A DNA stretch of 37,454 nt from Gemmatimonadota bacterium (GCA_003221825.1 QHUE01000091.1:1-37454), one strand, 5' to 3'. Shown: positions 1 to 9,198, counted from the stretch's first letter. Numbers and translations: made by a program. Notes: generated by a model from the sequence alone, not told the origin.

Positions 1-1
1 G

Positions 2-664
2 TCCACCCCTCAGGTACGGAAGCTCTTTATTCGCAGGCTATTAGCTTGGTATAAGAGGAAGGGCCGCGAACTTCCATGGCGGGAGACCCGCAACCCGTAT
101 GCCATCCTCGTCTCCGAGTTCATGCTCCAGCAGACGCAGGTCAGCCGCGTGCTGGACTATTTCCCGCGCTTCCTGGCGCGGTTTCCGACGATCGACGCGC
201 TTGCTCGCGCGCGACCCAAGGCTGTCATGGAGGAGTGGGACGGGCTCGGCTATTACGCACGCGCGCGCAATCTGCATAAGCTCGCGCGCGAGGTTACACG
301 TCGGCATGACGGCACGTTGCCCGACGACCCTGAGGACCTGCGGACACTCCCCGGTGTCGGCCGGTACACAGCCGGTGCGGTGGCGTGCTTCGCGTATGAA
401 AAGCCGGTGCCAACGGTCGACACGAACGTGAAACGAGTCCTCCAGAGGGTGTTCGCTGCGCGTGATGTCTGGGATTTTGCGACGACGTTGACGCCCAAAA
501 ACGGCAAGCGCGCCTGGAAACTCAATCAAGCGATGATGGAGCTTGGCGCGTTGGTTTGCACGGCGCGCAGCCCGAAGTGCCCAGAGTGTCCCGTCAAAAG
601 TGATTGCCTAGCAGTTCGCTCAATGACCCGAATTCGTAGCCGGCGGACCGTGCGTCCTGGATGA
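2..664 (+). CDS. mutY: MutY-type adenine DNA glycosylase, catalytic HhH-GPD/FeS domain only (5' end cut by window edge)
   Basis: The frame of the 122..664 ORF stays open back to nt 2 (..YKRKGRELPWRETRNPYAILVSEFMLQQTQV). MutY-like signatures are WDGLGYYARARNL, the HhH LPGVGRYTAGAV, VDTNVKRV, and the FeS loop Cys-x6-Cys-x2-Cys-x5-Cys (CTARSPKCPECPVKSDC). The ORF stops 16 codons after the last Cys, so there is no C-terminal NUDIX-like domain. Confidence 0.8.
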   Translation, partial: STPQVRKLFIRRLLAWYKRKGRELPWRETRNPYAILVSEFMLQQTQVSRVLDYFPRFLARFPTIDALARARPKAVMEEWDGLGYYARARNLHKLAREVTRRHDGTLPDDPEDLRTLPGVGRYTAGAVACFAYEKPVPTVDTNVKRVLQRVFAARDVWDFATTLTPKNGKRAWKLNQAMMELGALVCTARSPKCPECPVKSDCLAVRSMTRIRSRRTVRPG

Positions 665-1238
665 TGCCGGGCAGGGCGTTGGCGGTCTGCATCCGGTCGC
701 CCTCGGGATCATATCCATCCCCATCGTGCAGCAAGACGATCGCACCCGGTCGCAGCCTCTTCCGCACTCGTCTCCTGATCTCTTCGACTCCTGGTTTGGC
801 GGTGTCGAACACGCCGAATGTCCAACCGAATACCGTATAGGCGAGCTCTCGCGCGGCGGCGCGCAGGTATGGGCTCCGATATCCGTGGGGCGCGCGAAAC
901 GCTCGCGGCCGCTGGCCCGTCGCCCACCCGATCGCGGTGTGCGCCACCTCGAGCTGATGCCGCAGTCGCTGCCGGCTCGCAAAGTGCAGCTTCACATGGT
1001 TGTGCGTGTGGTTGCCGACCAAGTGGCCGGCGCCGGCCACGCGACGCGCAAGCTGGGGATAGCGCCGCACGTGATCCCCGACCATGAAGAACGAGGCGGG
1101 CACGCGCTCGCGCTCGAGCGTCTCGAGGATCGCGTCCGTCGCCCACTCGTTCGGGCCGTCGTCGAACGTGAGATAGATCCGCTGCTTCCTCGGCCCGCGC
1201 TCGACCGAGGGCCCGAAGAACAGATCCATCCCCATCAT
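594..1238 (-). CDS. Polysaccharide deacetylase (NodB homology domain), 214 aa
   Basis: NodB motifs TFDDGP, GNHTHNH, RAPHGY and LLHDGDG. The chosen ATG at 1238 (MMGMDLFF) overlaps the upstream stop as ATGA. The longer 349-aa ORF has an Arg/Ala-rich N-terminus lying inside the GT gene, so it was not used. Confidence 0.85.
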   Translation of the reverse strand: MMGMDLFFGPSVERGPRKQRIYLTFDDGPNEWATDAILETLERERVPASFFMVGDHVRRYPQLARRVAGAGHLVGNHTHNHVKLHFASRQRLRHQLEVAHTAIGWATGQRPRAFRAPHGYRSPYLRAAARELAYTVFGWTFGVFDTAKPGVEEIRRRVRKRLRPGAIVLLHDGDGYDPEGDRMQTANALPGIIQDARSAGYEFGSLSELLGNHF

Positions 1239-2359
1239 CCCGTCACCCGCCTGTAGACTGCCAGCACCCGCTGCGCCACGAGTGGCCACGCATGGCGCTC
1301 GGCGATGCGCCGTCCCTCCTGCGCCATCGTCCCGCGTCGGTCGGTATCGTCGATCAAGGCATTGACCGCGCGCGCCCAGGCATCGGCGTCGCCCGGCGGC
1401 ACGAACATGGCGTGCGACTGCCCGGCAACATCGCGGAAGGCCGGAATATCCGAGACGACCAGCGGCGTACCGCACGCCATCGCCTCGAGCAGCGTCACAC
1501 CAAAGGAGGCGCGCTTCGTGGGACAGACGTACACGTCGGCGCCGCGGTAGTAATCGGGCCGGTCGCCATTGGCATAGCCTGCGAAGTGCACGCTCGGGCC
1601 CAGCCCCCCCCGCCGGGCGGCCCGCTCCATCCGCGCGCGCCACGGTCCGTCACCGACGACGGTCAGCTTGGCAGCCGGATGGCGCTCGAGAATGCTTGGC
1701 ATCGCCGCAAGCACGGTCCCGAGATCGTTGCGCGGCTCGATGCGTCCGAGCCACAGCAGCTGCGGCGGGCGCTGCTCGAAGCGTCCACTTGCCCGGCCCA
1801 GCCCTGGCCGGAAGAACGTCGTGTCGACGCCGTTGGGAATGACTTCCCAGGGCGCCGTGAGGTAGCGGGCCATCGCTTCCTGGGCGGCGCTGCTGACCGC
1901 GATCGTGGCCGCGTGGCGATCGAGCAGCCGCTGGAACGGCCGGCGCAGGATGCGCAGGGCGATCGAGCGGGGGAACCAGGTGTGAAACGTGGCGACGACC
2001 GGAATGCCTGCCCGCACGGCCGCGCGCGGCGCAACGATCCCGAGCGTGGGATTCAAGCCGCCGTGCACATGCACGATGTCGAAGCGCTCCTTGCGGAACA
2101 GCGCCTCGAGCCGCGCGGTGAGTCGCCAGCCGACGGTAATCCGCGCCACGCCGCCGTTCGCATAGATCACCAGACTCGTCCCTACTCTGCGCACGTGCGG
2201 GGGATCGACGTCACCATTCATGCGCATGTGAGAGGTCACGATCGTCGCATGATGGCCGAGGGCGTCCAACTCCCGGGCGAGATGATGCACGTGCTCGGGT
2301 ACGCCACCGAGCTGCGGGTAGTAGTCCTCCGCGATGAGCGCGACCCGCAGCGGCGTCAT
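1235..2359 (-). CDS. GT4-family (GT-B, retaining) glycosyltransferase, PimA-like, 374 aa
   Basis: N-terminus MTPLRVALIAEDYYPQLGGVPEHVHHLAREL. C-terminal region YYRGADVYVCPTKRASFGVTLLEAMACGTPLVVSDIPAFRDV. It is colinear by eye with mycobacterial PimA. ATG 2359 overlaps the upstream TGA (ATGA). Confidence 0.85.
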   Translation of the reverse strand: MTPLRVALIAEDYYPQLGGVPEHVHHLARELDALGHHATIVTSHMRMNGDVDPPHVRRVGTSLVIYANGGVARITVGWRLTARLEALFRKERFDIVHVHGGLNPTLGIVAPRAAVRAGIPVVATFHTWFPRSIALRILRRPFQRLLDRHAATIAVSSAAQEAMARYLTAPWEVIPNGVDTTFFRPGLGRASGRFEQRPPQLLWLGRIEPRNDLGTVLAAMPSILERHPAAKLTVVGDGPWRARMERAARRGGLGPSVHFAGYANGDRPDYYRGADVYVCPTKRASFGVTLLEAMACGTPLVVSDIPAFRDVAGQSHAMFVPPGDADAWARAVNALIDDTDRRGTMAQEGRRIAERHAWPLVAQRVLAVYRRVTG

Positions 2360-3201
2360 CGCGCCCGCTGCTCCAGTCGCTCGACGGCGGAGACGACGGC
2401 GGCGGGCCGCTCTTCCTGGAGGTAATGCCCCGCGCCCGTCTGGCTGTCCACCTCGAACGACACGATGGAGTGATTCATGAGAGCGACCTCTTGTGGCGGC
2501 ACGTCGCCGTCGTGGTGGGCCGTGCCCACGACGAGCGTGACCGGACACGCGATGTCGCCCAGACGGGGGCCGAGCTTGGTCGGCTCGTGCGCCTGCGACA
2601 TCGCGAGAAAGGTCTTGAGCGTCGCGTCGAAGTTACGCGCCTCCCCGAGGGTGTAGCCCATGACCACGCCGTCGGTCACCCACGATCGGTCGCCCGAGGA
2701 ATCGAGCAGCATGCTGCGGACCTTGCGGCGCACCAGGTTGATTCCGCCGAGCAGCTTGACCCAGGGCAGATAGCGCATGGCGCTCCGGAACGTCGGCGTC
2801 GTTGCCTCTTCCGTGGGCCCGCCCTCGAGCGAGACGATGCCGCGCACCAGGTCGGGCCTATCGACCGCGAGCCGAAACGCGATCGCCGCACCGAGTGAGT
2901 GCGCGAGCACCAGCACCGGTCCCGCGTGCAGCGAATCGAGCACAGCGGCCAGACGATGCGCTTGCGCGGCGAGGGAGTAGTCGGCCTTCAGCGGCCGGCT
3001 CGAGAAGCCGGTGCCGAGCGGCTCGATGACGATCGGGCGAAACCCTTGAGCCGCGAGGAGCGGCACGACCTTCCGGAACGTGAAGGACGCGCCGAACAGG
3101 CCCGGGATGACGGCGACCGGTTTGCCGGTGCCGGCCCATGCCTCGACATGCATCGTCTCTGCCGGCGCCACGACGACGTACGGATGTTGCATGGCCAGCA
3201 T
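2356..3201 (-). CDS. Alpha/beta-fold hydrolase, 281 aa
   Basis: Oxyanion-type IPGLFG, nucleophile elbow LAHSLGAAIA, and C-terminal GAGHYLQEERP. ATG 3201 ([10 protein letters not shown]) shares 1 nt with the upstream TAA. The 448-aa ORF-track version is an Arg-rich extension over the upstream gene. Confidence 0.8.
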   Translation of the reverse strand: MLAMQHPYVVVAPAETMHVEAWAGTGKPVAVIPGLFGASFTFRKVVPLLAAQGFRPIVIEPLGTGFSSRPLKADYSLAAQAHRLAAVLDSLHAGPVLVLAHSLGAAIAFRLAVDRPDLVRGIVSLEGGPTEEATTPTFRSAMRYLPWVKLLGGINLVRRKVRSMLLDSSGDRSWVTDGVVMGYTLGEARNFDATLKTFLAMSQAHEPTKLGPRLGDIACPVTLVVGTAHHDGDVPPQEVALMNHSIVSFEVDSQTGAGHYLQEERPAAVVSAVERLEQRAR

Positions 3202-3806
3202 TACGGCGTCCCGAGGCGGGCGGCGCGCGAGGCGACGGTGTTCAGGTCGCCGCCCAGCGCATCCATATCGCGTTGAAAGCGGCAGTCGATGACGAGCAGG
3301 CCGACGACATAAGCGGCGAGATTCACGATGAAGATGATCGAGAAGATCAGGTGATACGGCGCCCAAATCCCGAAGTACAGCGCGAAGCGCTTCACTCCGG
3401 GATCGAGCTTCGAGCGGTCCACGATCGTCGTGAGCAGCAGTACGGCGACCGACGCGAGCACCGCCAGCCGCAGCGAAACGAGCCCGCCCACCGCGCACCC
3501 CAAGAAGATGGCGATCTCCGACGCGCGATCGAGCCACGTGTCGAGCCGGTGGCCGGCCGCGGAGACGAGGCCAAACTGGCGCGCGATGCCGCCGTCGAGA
3601 GCGTCGAGGAGTTGCCCGACGGCCATGAGCACCAGCCCCGGGACGACCCGACCCGTCGCGAATACGGCGGCGGCGGCCGCGCTCACCCAAAACGCGGCCC
3701 ACGTCACCTGATCGGGCGAGAGCCCGAGGGTGACGTGCATGAATCGCAGCACCGGGCGAATGCCGCGGTCTACAGCGGAACCAAGAACAGGAGCAAATTC
3801 ATACAT
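3201..3806 (-). CDS. CDP-alcohol phosphatidyltransferase (small, PI-phosphate/PgsA-like size), 201 aa
   Basis: The full family motif D-x2-D-G-x2-A-R-x8-G-x3-D-x3-D is present in [28 protein letters not shown]. Several TM segments. The start at ATG 3806 overlaps the preceding gene by 37 nt. An alternative ATG is at 3740. Confidence 0.8.
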   Translation of the reverse strand: MYEFAPVLGSAVDRGIRPVLRFMHVTLGLSPDQVTWAAFWVSAAAAAVFATGRVVPGLVLMAVGQLLDALDGGIARQFGLVSAAGHRLDTWLDRASEIAIFLGCAVGGLVSLRLAVLASVAVLLLTTIVDRSKLDPGVKRFALYFGIWAPYHLIFSIIFIVNLAAYVVGLLVIDCRFQRDMDALGGDLNTVASRAARLGTP

Positions 3807-4207
3807 AAGAGGACCACGATGAGAATGGCTTCCTTCGCTTTATCGGACACTCCGACCAAAAACCCCTGCGTGACGAGCGGCGAGTAGGGATACCACGGCA
3901 TCTTTTCGTAGCCGACGCTGTAATCCATCGCCAGGTGAATAAGAAAGAACAGCGCGGGCACCCACGTCCCGAGGAAAAAGCACAGCGGCACGATCCACAA
4001 CAGTGCGACAGGCTCCTGCAGTGACGTCCGCCAGTAATAACCGAGCTGCCTCCGGCGGCCAATCGCGCGCAGGTAAAAGGGGGCTTTGATCGCGTGATCG
4101 ATATCCACGCCGACGCCGAATACGTAGGCGAGCACGGCGTCGCTCCCCGTAAGCTTCAGGACTCGTACGCCGAGGGTGGTCGCGAGCGCGTGGGTGACGA
4201 TCGTCAT
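3770..4207 (-). CDS. Small integral membrane protein, possibly DUF457/YdjM-like metal-dependent hydrolase, 145 aa
   Basis: [14 protein letters not shown].. and VDIDH resemble DUF457 His/Asp motifs. About 4 hydrophobic segments. ATG 4207 overlaps the upstream TGA (ATGA). GC content is locally much lower than the flanks. Confidence 0.45.
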   Translation of the reverse strand: MTIVTHALATTLGVRVLKLTGSDAVLAYVFGVGVDIDHAIKAPFYLRAIGRRRQLGYYWRTSLQEPVALLWIVPLCFFLGTWVPALFFLIHLAMDYSVGYEKMPWYPYSPLVTQGFLVGVSDKAKEAILIVVLLCMNLLLFLVPL

Positions 4208-5229
4208 TCTGAACGGGCGGCAGGGGCGGTAGGGGCGGCAATGGGTCGCGGCGCTCCTACGGCCCAGATCAGCAGCAGCCCCGCCGCGATCCACGCGAAG
4301 TCGCGCACGCGACCGACGATCGACGTGTACAGACCGAGCTGGGGATCGAGCCCGAAGAGCTTGAAGAGGAGATAGTACGCACCCTCCCGGGCGCCAATCT
4401 CGAACGGCACCAGGAACAGGACGTTGCCCGCAATCGCCTCGAGCCCACCGATGGTAAAGGCAAGCAGGTAGCTGAGCCCGAACCCCAGGCTGGCGACGAT
4501 GAGCACCAGCTCGAGCATGAAGATGCAGCGGCTCAGATACTCGAGCAGGATCGCCTGGACAAAACGACCCGGCTGGCGGTGATAGAACTCCGTGATCTGC
4601 TCATCCAGCTCGACGAGCAGCGCGCGCTTGGGCTCGAGCGCGCCGCCCAGCCGGCGCAGGAGCGGGACCCGATTCAGCCAATTCAGGATCCGCTCGAGCA
4701 CGCCGCTGCGGTGGGCCGACACGAACAGCGCGATGATGCCGACGAGCACCAGCGCCACGACACCCAGGCTGGCGAACACCGCCGTCGGCGTCTCGCGCGG
4801 CAATAACGCAAACGCGAGACCGACCGCCGTGAACCAGACGAGTACGTAGGTGAACGAATGCAGCATGCGATGCAGGATCACGGAGCCGGCGGCGCGTCGT
4901 TTCCCGAGCCACGGCGCGAGCGCCGCGACCCGAAACGGCTCACCGCCGGCGTTGATCAACGGCGTGAGAAAGTTCAGCGCGCCGGCGGAGATCAGCACGG
5001 CGTAGGTGCGCCAGAACGACGGCCGGTTGGAGTCTCCCATCGTCAGCTGCCAGGCGAGCGCGCTACAGGCGTATACGAGCGCGTACAACAACACGATCGG
5101 GATGAACATCCAGCCCGTACGTGTAGCATCGGACACGAGCCGGCCGACGCCGATGCGTGCGATGAGATAGCCGAACACGGCCGCGCCGAGCAGAAACAAG
5201 GCAAGCTGCAACCGCCGGGGCGAGCTCAT
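4204..5229 (-). CDS. UPF0104 / lysyl-phosphatidylglycerol-synthase-TM-region-like (flippase-like) membrane protein, 341 aa
   Basis: Polytopic (about 8 TM segments). Family-like segments are NAGGEPFRV and LVPFEIGAREGAYYLLF. ATG 5229 overlaps the upstream TGA. Confidence 0.65.
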   Translation of the reverse strand: MSSPRRLQLALFLLGAAVFGYLIARIGVGRLVSDATRTGWMFIPIVLLYALVYACSALAWQLTMGDSNRPSFWRTYAVLISAGALNFLTPLINAGGEPFRVAALAPWLGKRRAAGSVILHRMLHSFTYVLVWFTAVGLAFALLPRETPTAVFASLGVVALVLVGIIALFVSAHRSGVLERILNWLNRVPLLRRLGGALEPKRALLVELDEQITEFYHRQPGRFVQAILLEYLSRCIFMLELVLIVASLGFGLSYLLAFTIGGLEAIAGNVLFLVPFEIGAREGAYYLLFKLFGLDPQLGLYTSIVGRVRDFAWIAAGLLLIWAVGAPRPIAAPTAPAARSE

Positions 5230-6227
5230 GCAACTGCAGCATACGAGGCCTCGAGCACCGCCGCGACCTGGGCGATATCGGCCATCGGGCGGGCGCGGTC
5301 ACCCGAATCGAGCGTGGTCGCGAAATCGTGAAACAGCCCGGCAAACCAGGTCGCGTACGCGGACTTGTCGAGATCGGCGGTATGGTCGAACGACTCCATC
5401 TGGCCGCCCTGCTCGAGCGTCAGGATGCCGCCGCTCCAGGTGATACTGCCGCGCTCGCCGATAAACCGGATCTCCGTCTCCCGTCGCCGCGCCGCCCAGG
5501 TGAGAAACATCGTCGCCATTCGATCGGGATACGAGAACACCAGCTGCGCCGTGTCTTCGACGTCGTAGCCGCCGTGGCGCAGGCGACCGGTCCACGCGCG
5601 CACCGCTTGCGGCGGCCCCGCGACGTCGAGGAGCTCGTAGACGAGGTGGGTACCGTGATCGAGGAGCACGCCGCCACGCCCGGCGGCGCGCCGGCCCCGC
5701 CACGGGACGTCGTCCCTGCCGGCGCCGGGATCGGCCGCGAGCCGATAGACCCGGAACTCCGCGAGATGCCAGCGGCCGATCACACCTTCGTCCAGCCAGC
5801 GTTTCACGCGCAGCCACACCGGATTGAAGCGGTACTGGTGACAGGGCATCACGACGCGACCCGCCTCGTGCGCCGCCGCGGCCAGGGTCGCGGCCTCGGC
5901 GCGGTTCACCGCCACCGGCTTCTCGCACAGGACGTGGTAGCCCTGCGACAGGCCCCAGAGCGATAGCTCCAGGTGCGATGCCGTCGGCGTGCAGATGTCC
6001 ACGAAGTCGATCGGACCGAGGTCGGCGAGCTGCTCGGGACGGGATAATAGAGGAATGCCGAGGAACGTCGACGGCGCCGACATCGCTTCCTCCACGATGC
6101 CGACGATGCGCAGCCGGGAGGCCACCTTCGGATCCGACTGGAACGCAGGGAGATGCCCGGAGCGCGCGATCCCGCCGAGCCCGAGCAGGACACCGCGATA
6201 GACCCGGGCGTCAGGCGAGCTGTGCAT
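5226..6227 (-). CDS. Gfo/Idh/MocA-family NAD(P)-dependent oxidoreductase, 333 aa
   Basis: N-terminal Rossmann segment VLLGLGGIARSGHLPAF, the conserved LCEKPVA (EKP) motif, and a C-terminal alpha/beta domain. Confidence 0.8.
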   Translation of the reverse strand: MHSSPDARVYRGVLLGLGGIARSGHLPAFQSDPKVASRLRIVGIVEEAMSAPSTFLGIPLLSRPEQLADLGPIDFVDICTPTASHLELSLWGLSQGYHVLCEKPVAVNRAEAATLAAAAHEAGRVVMPCHQYRFNPVWLRVKRWLDEGVIGRWHLAEFRVYRLAADPGAGRDDVPWRGRRAAGRGGVLLDHGTHLVYELLDVAGPPQAVRAWTGRLRHGGYDVEDTAQLVFSYPDRMATMFLTWAARRRETEIRFIGERGSITWSGGILTLEQGGQMESFDHTADLDKSAYATWFAGLFHDFATTLDSGDRARPMADIAQVAAVLEASYAAVA

Positions 6228-7062
6228 GGAATTTTGGCTCGCGCTCGTGCGCCAGAATGAGGAAGATCAGCACGACGTTCAGCGGCCCCACGACGATCCA
6301 GCAATAGGCGGCCGGCCAGTGCGGCACGGCGGTGAGGGCCAGGAGCAGGAAGCGAATGTTCTGCGCGATCCAGGCGCAGCCCCGCACCACCCAGCGCTGC
6401 CGCTCGGCCCATGAGCGGCGCAGCGACTCCGGCACATCGCGTCCCGACAGCGAGCGCGCGAGGGCCGTCGTGCGCGGGAACAGCCAGGCCTGGCGCCGGG
6501 TGTAGTCGCCGTAGATCCAGGAGGTGATCCGCTCCCAGATCGATTCCGCTCCGCGGATCTCCGCCGGCTCGGCAACGTCCAGCTCGCCGCCTGCACCGAT
6601 CGCGAAATGCAGATACGCCTGGCGGATGAAATCGGCCGCGGCGGCCTGGTAGGAGTGCGACAACAGCGCCGCAATCGCCAGCGCCGGCCCTTCCCAACCC
6701 CACCCGGCGGCATACAGCCGCGCCGCGAGGTGCCCGTACAGACTGATGAAGCGGCCGCTATCGGCCAGGCCATCGAGGATTCTGCCCATGCGGGTGGACG
6801 TGCCGCGCAGGCGCGCGAGCTGCCCGTCCACGCTGTCCAAGACATCGGAGGCGATGAAGAGCAGCACGCCGGCGGCGTTGACCCACGCGGTGCGGTACCA
6901 GAACAGGTGACCCGCGACGACCCCGAGCACGAGGCTCGCGAGCGTCACCGCATCAGGAGAGATCCGCGTCGGCAGCAGGGCCTTCGCAATGCGCCACCCG
7001 ACCGGCCTGAAGAACCGCCGGTCGGCCCATTCTTCGACGACGGGCCCTTTACTGGCGTACAC
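6211..7062 (-). CDS. CDP-alcohol phosphatidyltransferase, long form with C-terminal membrane extension, 283 aa
   Basis: Family motif in DSVDGQLARLRGTSTRMGRILDGLAD (D-x2-D-G-x2-A-R-x8-G-x3-D-x3-D). N-terminus RFFRPVGWRIAKALLPTRISPDAVTLASL. GTG start at 7062, overlapping the upstream gene by 14 nt. Confidence 0.8.
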   Translation of the reverse strand: MYASKGPVVEEWADRRFFRPVGWRIAKALLPTRISPDAVTLASLVLGVVAGHLFWYRTAWVNAAGVLLFIASDVLDSVDGQLARLRGTSTRMGRILDGLADSGRFISLYGHLAARLYAAGWGWEGPALAIAALLSHSYQAAAADFIRQAYLHFAIGAGGELDVAEPAEIRGAESIWERITSWIYGDYTRRQAWLFPRTTALARSLSGRDVPESLRRSWAERQRWVVRGCAWIAQNIRFLLLALTAVPHWPAAYCWIVVGPLNVVLIFLILAHEREPKFHAQLA

Positions 7063-8368
7063 GCGCGCTCGCTTCTTCGAGCACTGCCTTCATGGTGGCG
7101 AGCGCTTCCATCGCCTGCTCGTCGGTGATGACGAGCGGCGGGTTGATCCGTACTTCGGGGTTGTAAATCATCGCGATCACGCCGCGCGCGAGCAACGTGT
7201 CGAAGACCCAACGCGTGATCTTCTTGTCGAGCAGCTTGCGTGTCCCGGGCACGACCAGATCCATGCCGAGCATGAGCCCGCGGCCGCGCACGTCGCTGAC
7301 GATGGGGATCTCGTCTTCCCAAGAGCGCATCTCCTCGAGCATCAACGCTCCTGTTCGACGACTGTGTTCGACGAGTTGTTCTTCTACGATTGTTTGTATT
7401 GTCACGTGCGCCGCGGCCGCCGCGAGCGGGTTGCCGCCGTAGCTCGACGAGCTGCCGCTCGGATTCGCCCACGGCTTGGAGAACGCGATCGGCTCGCGAA
7501 TCACGATGCCGCTGACGGGGAAGCCGCCGCCGAACCCCTTGCCGACGAGCAGCACGTCGGGCACGACGTTGTCGTGCTCCACGGCAAACATTTTTCCCGT
7601 CCGCCCGAAGCCGGTGATCATCTCGTCGCAGATGAGCAGCGCGCCGATTTCCGTGGCGAGGGCCCGCAGCTCCCGCAGGTAGCCGGGGGGCGGGATGACG
7701 TTGCCGGCCGTCCCCTGCACCGGCTCGACGATGATCGCGGCGATGTCGTTCGTCGTCTCGAGCGCGATCTTGGACCGCACGAAATCGACGCAGTGCCACT
7801 CGCACGACGGGAACGTCTTGCCGAACGCGCAGCGCGCGCAGGCGGCGTACGGAGTCGAGTAGTTGCCGGGAGCCAGCGGCCCGAGGCCGTGCTTGAAGCT
7901 GCCCGACAAGAGCGGCAGGACTCCACCCGTCTTGCCGTGGAATCCGCCCCAGAATCCCATCATTTCGTGCCGGCCCGTGGCGGCTTTCGCGAGCCGCACC
8001 GCCGCTTCGACCGCCTCCGCACCGCTCGAGTAGAGCTGCGTGCGGTTCAAGTCGCCGGGCGCGAGCCCCGCGATCAGTTTCACCAGCGCCGCGCGATGCT
8101 CCGACGTGAAGCTCCCCACGTGCACGCGCTCCAGCTGCCGCGTCATCTCGGCGACGTAGCGCGGATGCGCATAGCCGAGGCTCGCGACGCCGACGCCGGC
8201 GAGCAGATCCACGTAGCGATTGCCGTCTATGTCCCACAGTACGGCGCCCTCGCCGCGATCCATGCACAGCTTGCTGAAGAGGGCGACGCTCTGCGTGCCC
8301 GGTGCGAGATACTGCGCCTCGAGCTCGAAGATGCGCTGCGATTCTGATTGGGTGACGAGATCGATCAT
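7049..8368 (-). CDS. Class-III (omega/acetylornithine-type) PLP aminotransferase, 439 aa
   Basis: SSGAEAVEAAVRLAK, IVEPVQGTAGNV, ICDEMITGFGRTGKMFA, and PDVLLVGKGFGGGFP (Schiff-base Lys region). ATG 8368 overlaps the upstream TGA. Confidence 0.85.
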   Translation of the reverse strand: MIDLVTQSESQRIFELEAQYLAPGTQSVALFSKLCMDRGEGAVLWDIDGNRYVDLLAGVGVASLGYAHPRYVAEMTRQLERVHVGSFTSEHRAALVKLIAGLAPGDLNRTQLYSSGAEAVEAAVRLAKAATGRHEMMGFWGGFHGKTGGVLPLLSGSFKHGLGPLAPGNYSTPYAACARCAFGKTFPSCEWHCVDFVRSKIALETTNDIAAIIVEPVQGTAGNVIPPPGYLRELRALATEIGALLICDEMITGFGRTGKMFAVEHDNVVPDVLLVGKGFGGGFPVSGIVIREPIAFSKPWANPSGSSSSYGGNPLAAAAAHVTIQTIVEEQLVEHSRRTGALMLEEMRSWEDEIPIVSDVRGRGLMLGMDLVVPGTRKLLDKKITRWVFDTLLARGVIAMIYNPEVRINPPLVITDEQAMEALATMKAVLEEASARVRQ

Positions 8369-9198
8369 GCCTGTCTTCCGTTTGCGGCCTTTTCGTCGAT
8401 ATAGCCGGCGATCGCCTCCGCAGCAGCGGCGCGCACCGGGGCAAAAGAGGGCCAGTCGTTGAGATCGATGAGCACCGGCGTGTCGGGCTCAGGGAACGCG
8501 ACGTCGCCGCCGAACACCTCGAGCCCGACGGCGCGTGCCGCGGCGAATACAAGCTCCTTCAGGCGTTCTTCCGAGATGTCGACACGGCCTGGATCGGCGG
8601 CATACCACGAGAAGAAGCGCCCGTCGGCGAGGGCGTAGAACTTCACGATCGGCCCGCCGACGTGCGCCTGGAGCGCGACGCGCGCCACGCCGCGCCGGGC
8701 GAACCCGGCGATCGCGTCCGTCACGCCCGCTTCCTTCGCCGATACGACGTCGGCGCTCGTTTCGGCGTGCACGTCGCCGCGCTTCACCCACACCGGCCGG
8801 CCGTCGCCGTTCAATTGATGCACGAGCGGCAGCACCGCCTGTGGCTCGGCGGTCGCCACGATCAGCGTGCGCGGGAACGGCAGCCCGGCCGCCGCCATCC
8901 GTCCGACCAACCGGTGCCGGTGACAGTTGAGGACGCTGTCCGGGGGATTGACGGCCAGCGCTTCCGGTGGCACGAGGTCGAGCAGGCGTTCCGATGCCGC
9001 AGGGCCCTGGCACATGTTCACGTACAGCTCCGCCGCCGGCAGGCGACCCGCGGCGACGTCGGCCTCACCCGTGCGCGTGACCCGCCAACCGCGCCGCTCC
9101 AGCCCGGAGATGGTGTCATCCAGGATCGCCGTGTCATTGCTGCGATGCTGGGCCGGCGAGTACGTCGGGCTCCGATAGAGTGCGACCAGGCGCTTCAT
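8365..9198 (-). CDS. ATP-grasp-fold protein (RimK / inositol-phosphate-kinase-like), 277 aa
   Basis: Pattern match by eye only: RPVWVKRGDVHAE, LQAHVGGPIVKFYALADGRFF, and FGGDVAF...PVLIDLNDWPSF (like the xIDxNxFPxx end of ATP-grasp domains). ATG 9198 (MKRLVALY) overlaps the upstream TGA. Confidence 0.55.
   Translation of the reverse strand: MKRLVALYRSPTYSPAQHRSNDTAILDDTISGLERRGWRVTRTGEADVAAGRLPAAELYVNMCQGPAASERLLDLVPPEALAVNPPDSVLNCHRHRLVGRMAAAGLPFPRTLIVATAEPQAVLPLVHQLNGDGRPVWVKRGDVHAETSADVVSAKEAGVTDAIAGFARRGVARVALQAHVGGPIVKFYALADGRFFSWYAADPGRVDISEERLKELVFAAARAVGLEVFGGDVAFPEPDTPVLIDLNDWPSFAPVRAAAAEAIAGYIDEKAANGRQA

Noticed and set aside
594-3702. Longer N-terminal versions of the deacetylase (349 aa), GT4 (437 aa) and alpha/beta hydrolase (448 aa) in the ORF track
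   Set aside because: The extensions are Arg/Pro/Ala-rich, lie inside the preceding gene, and are not needed for the domains. Internal ATGs coincide with the upstream stop codons (ATGA).
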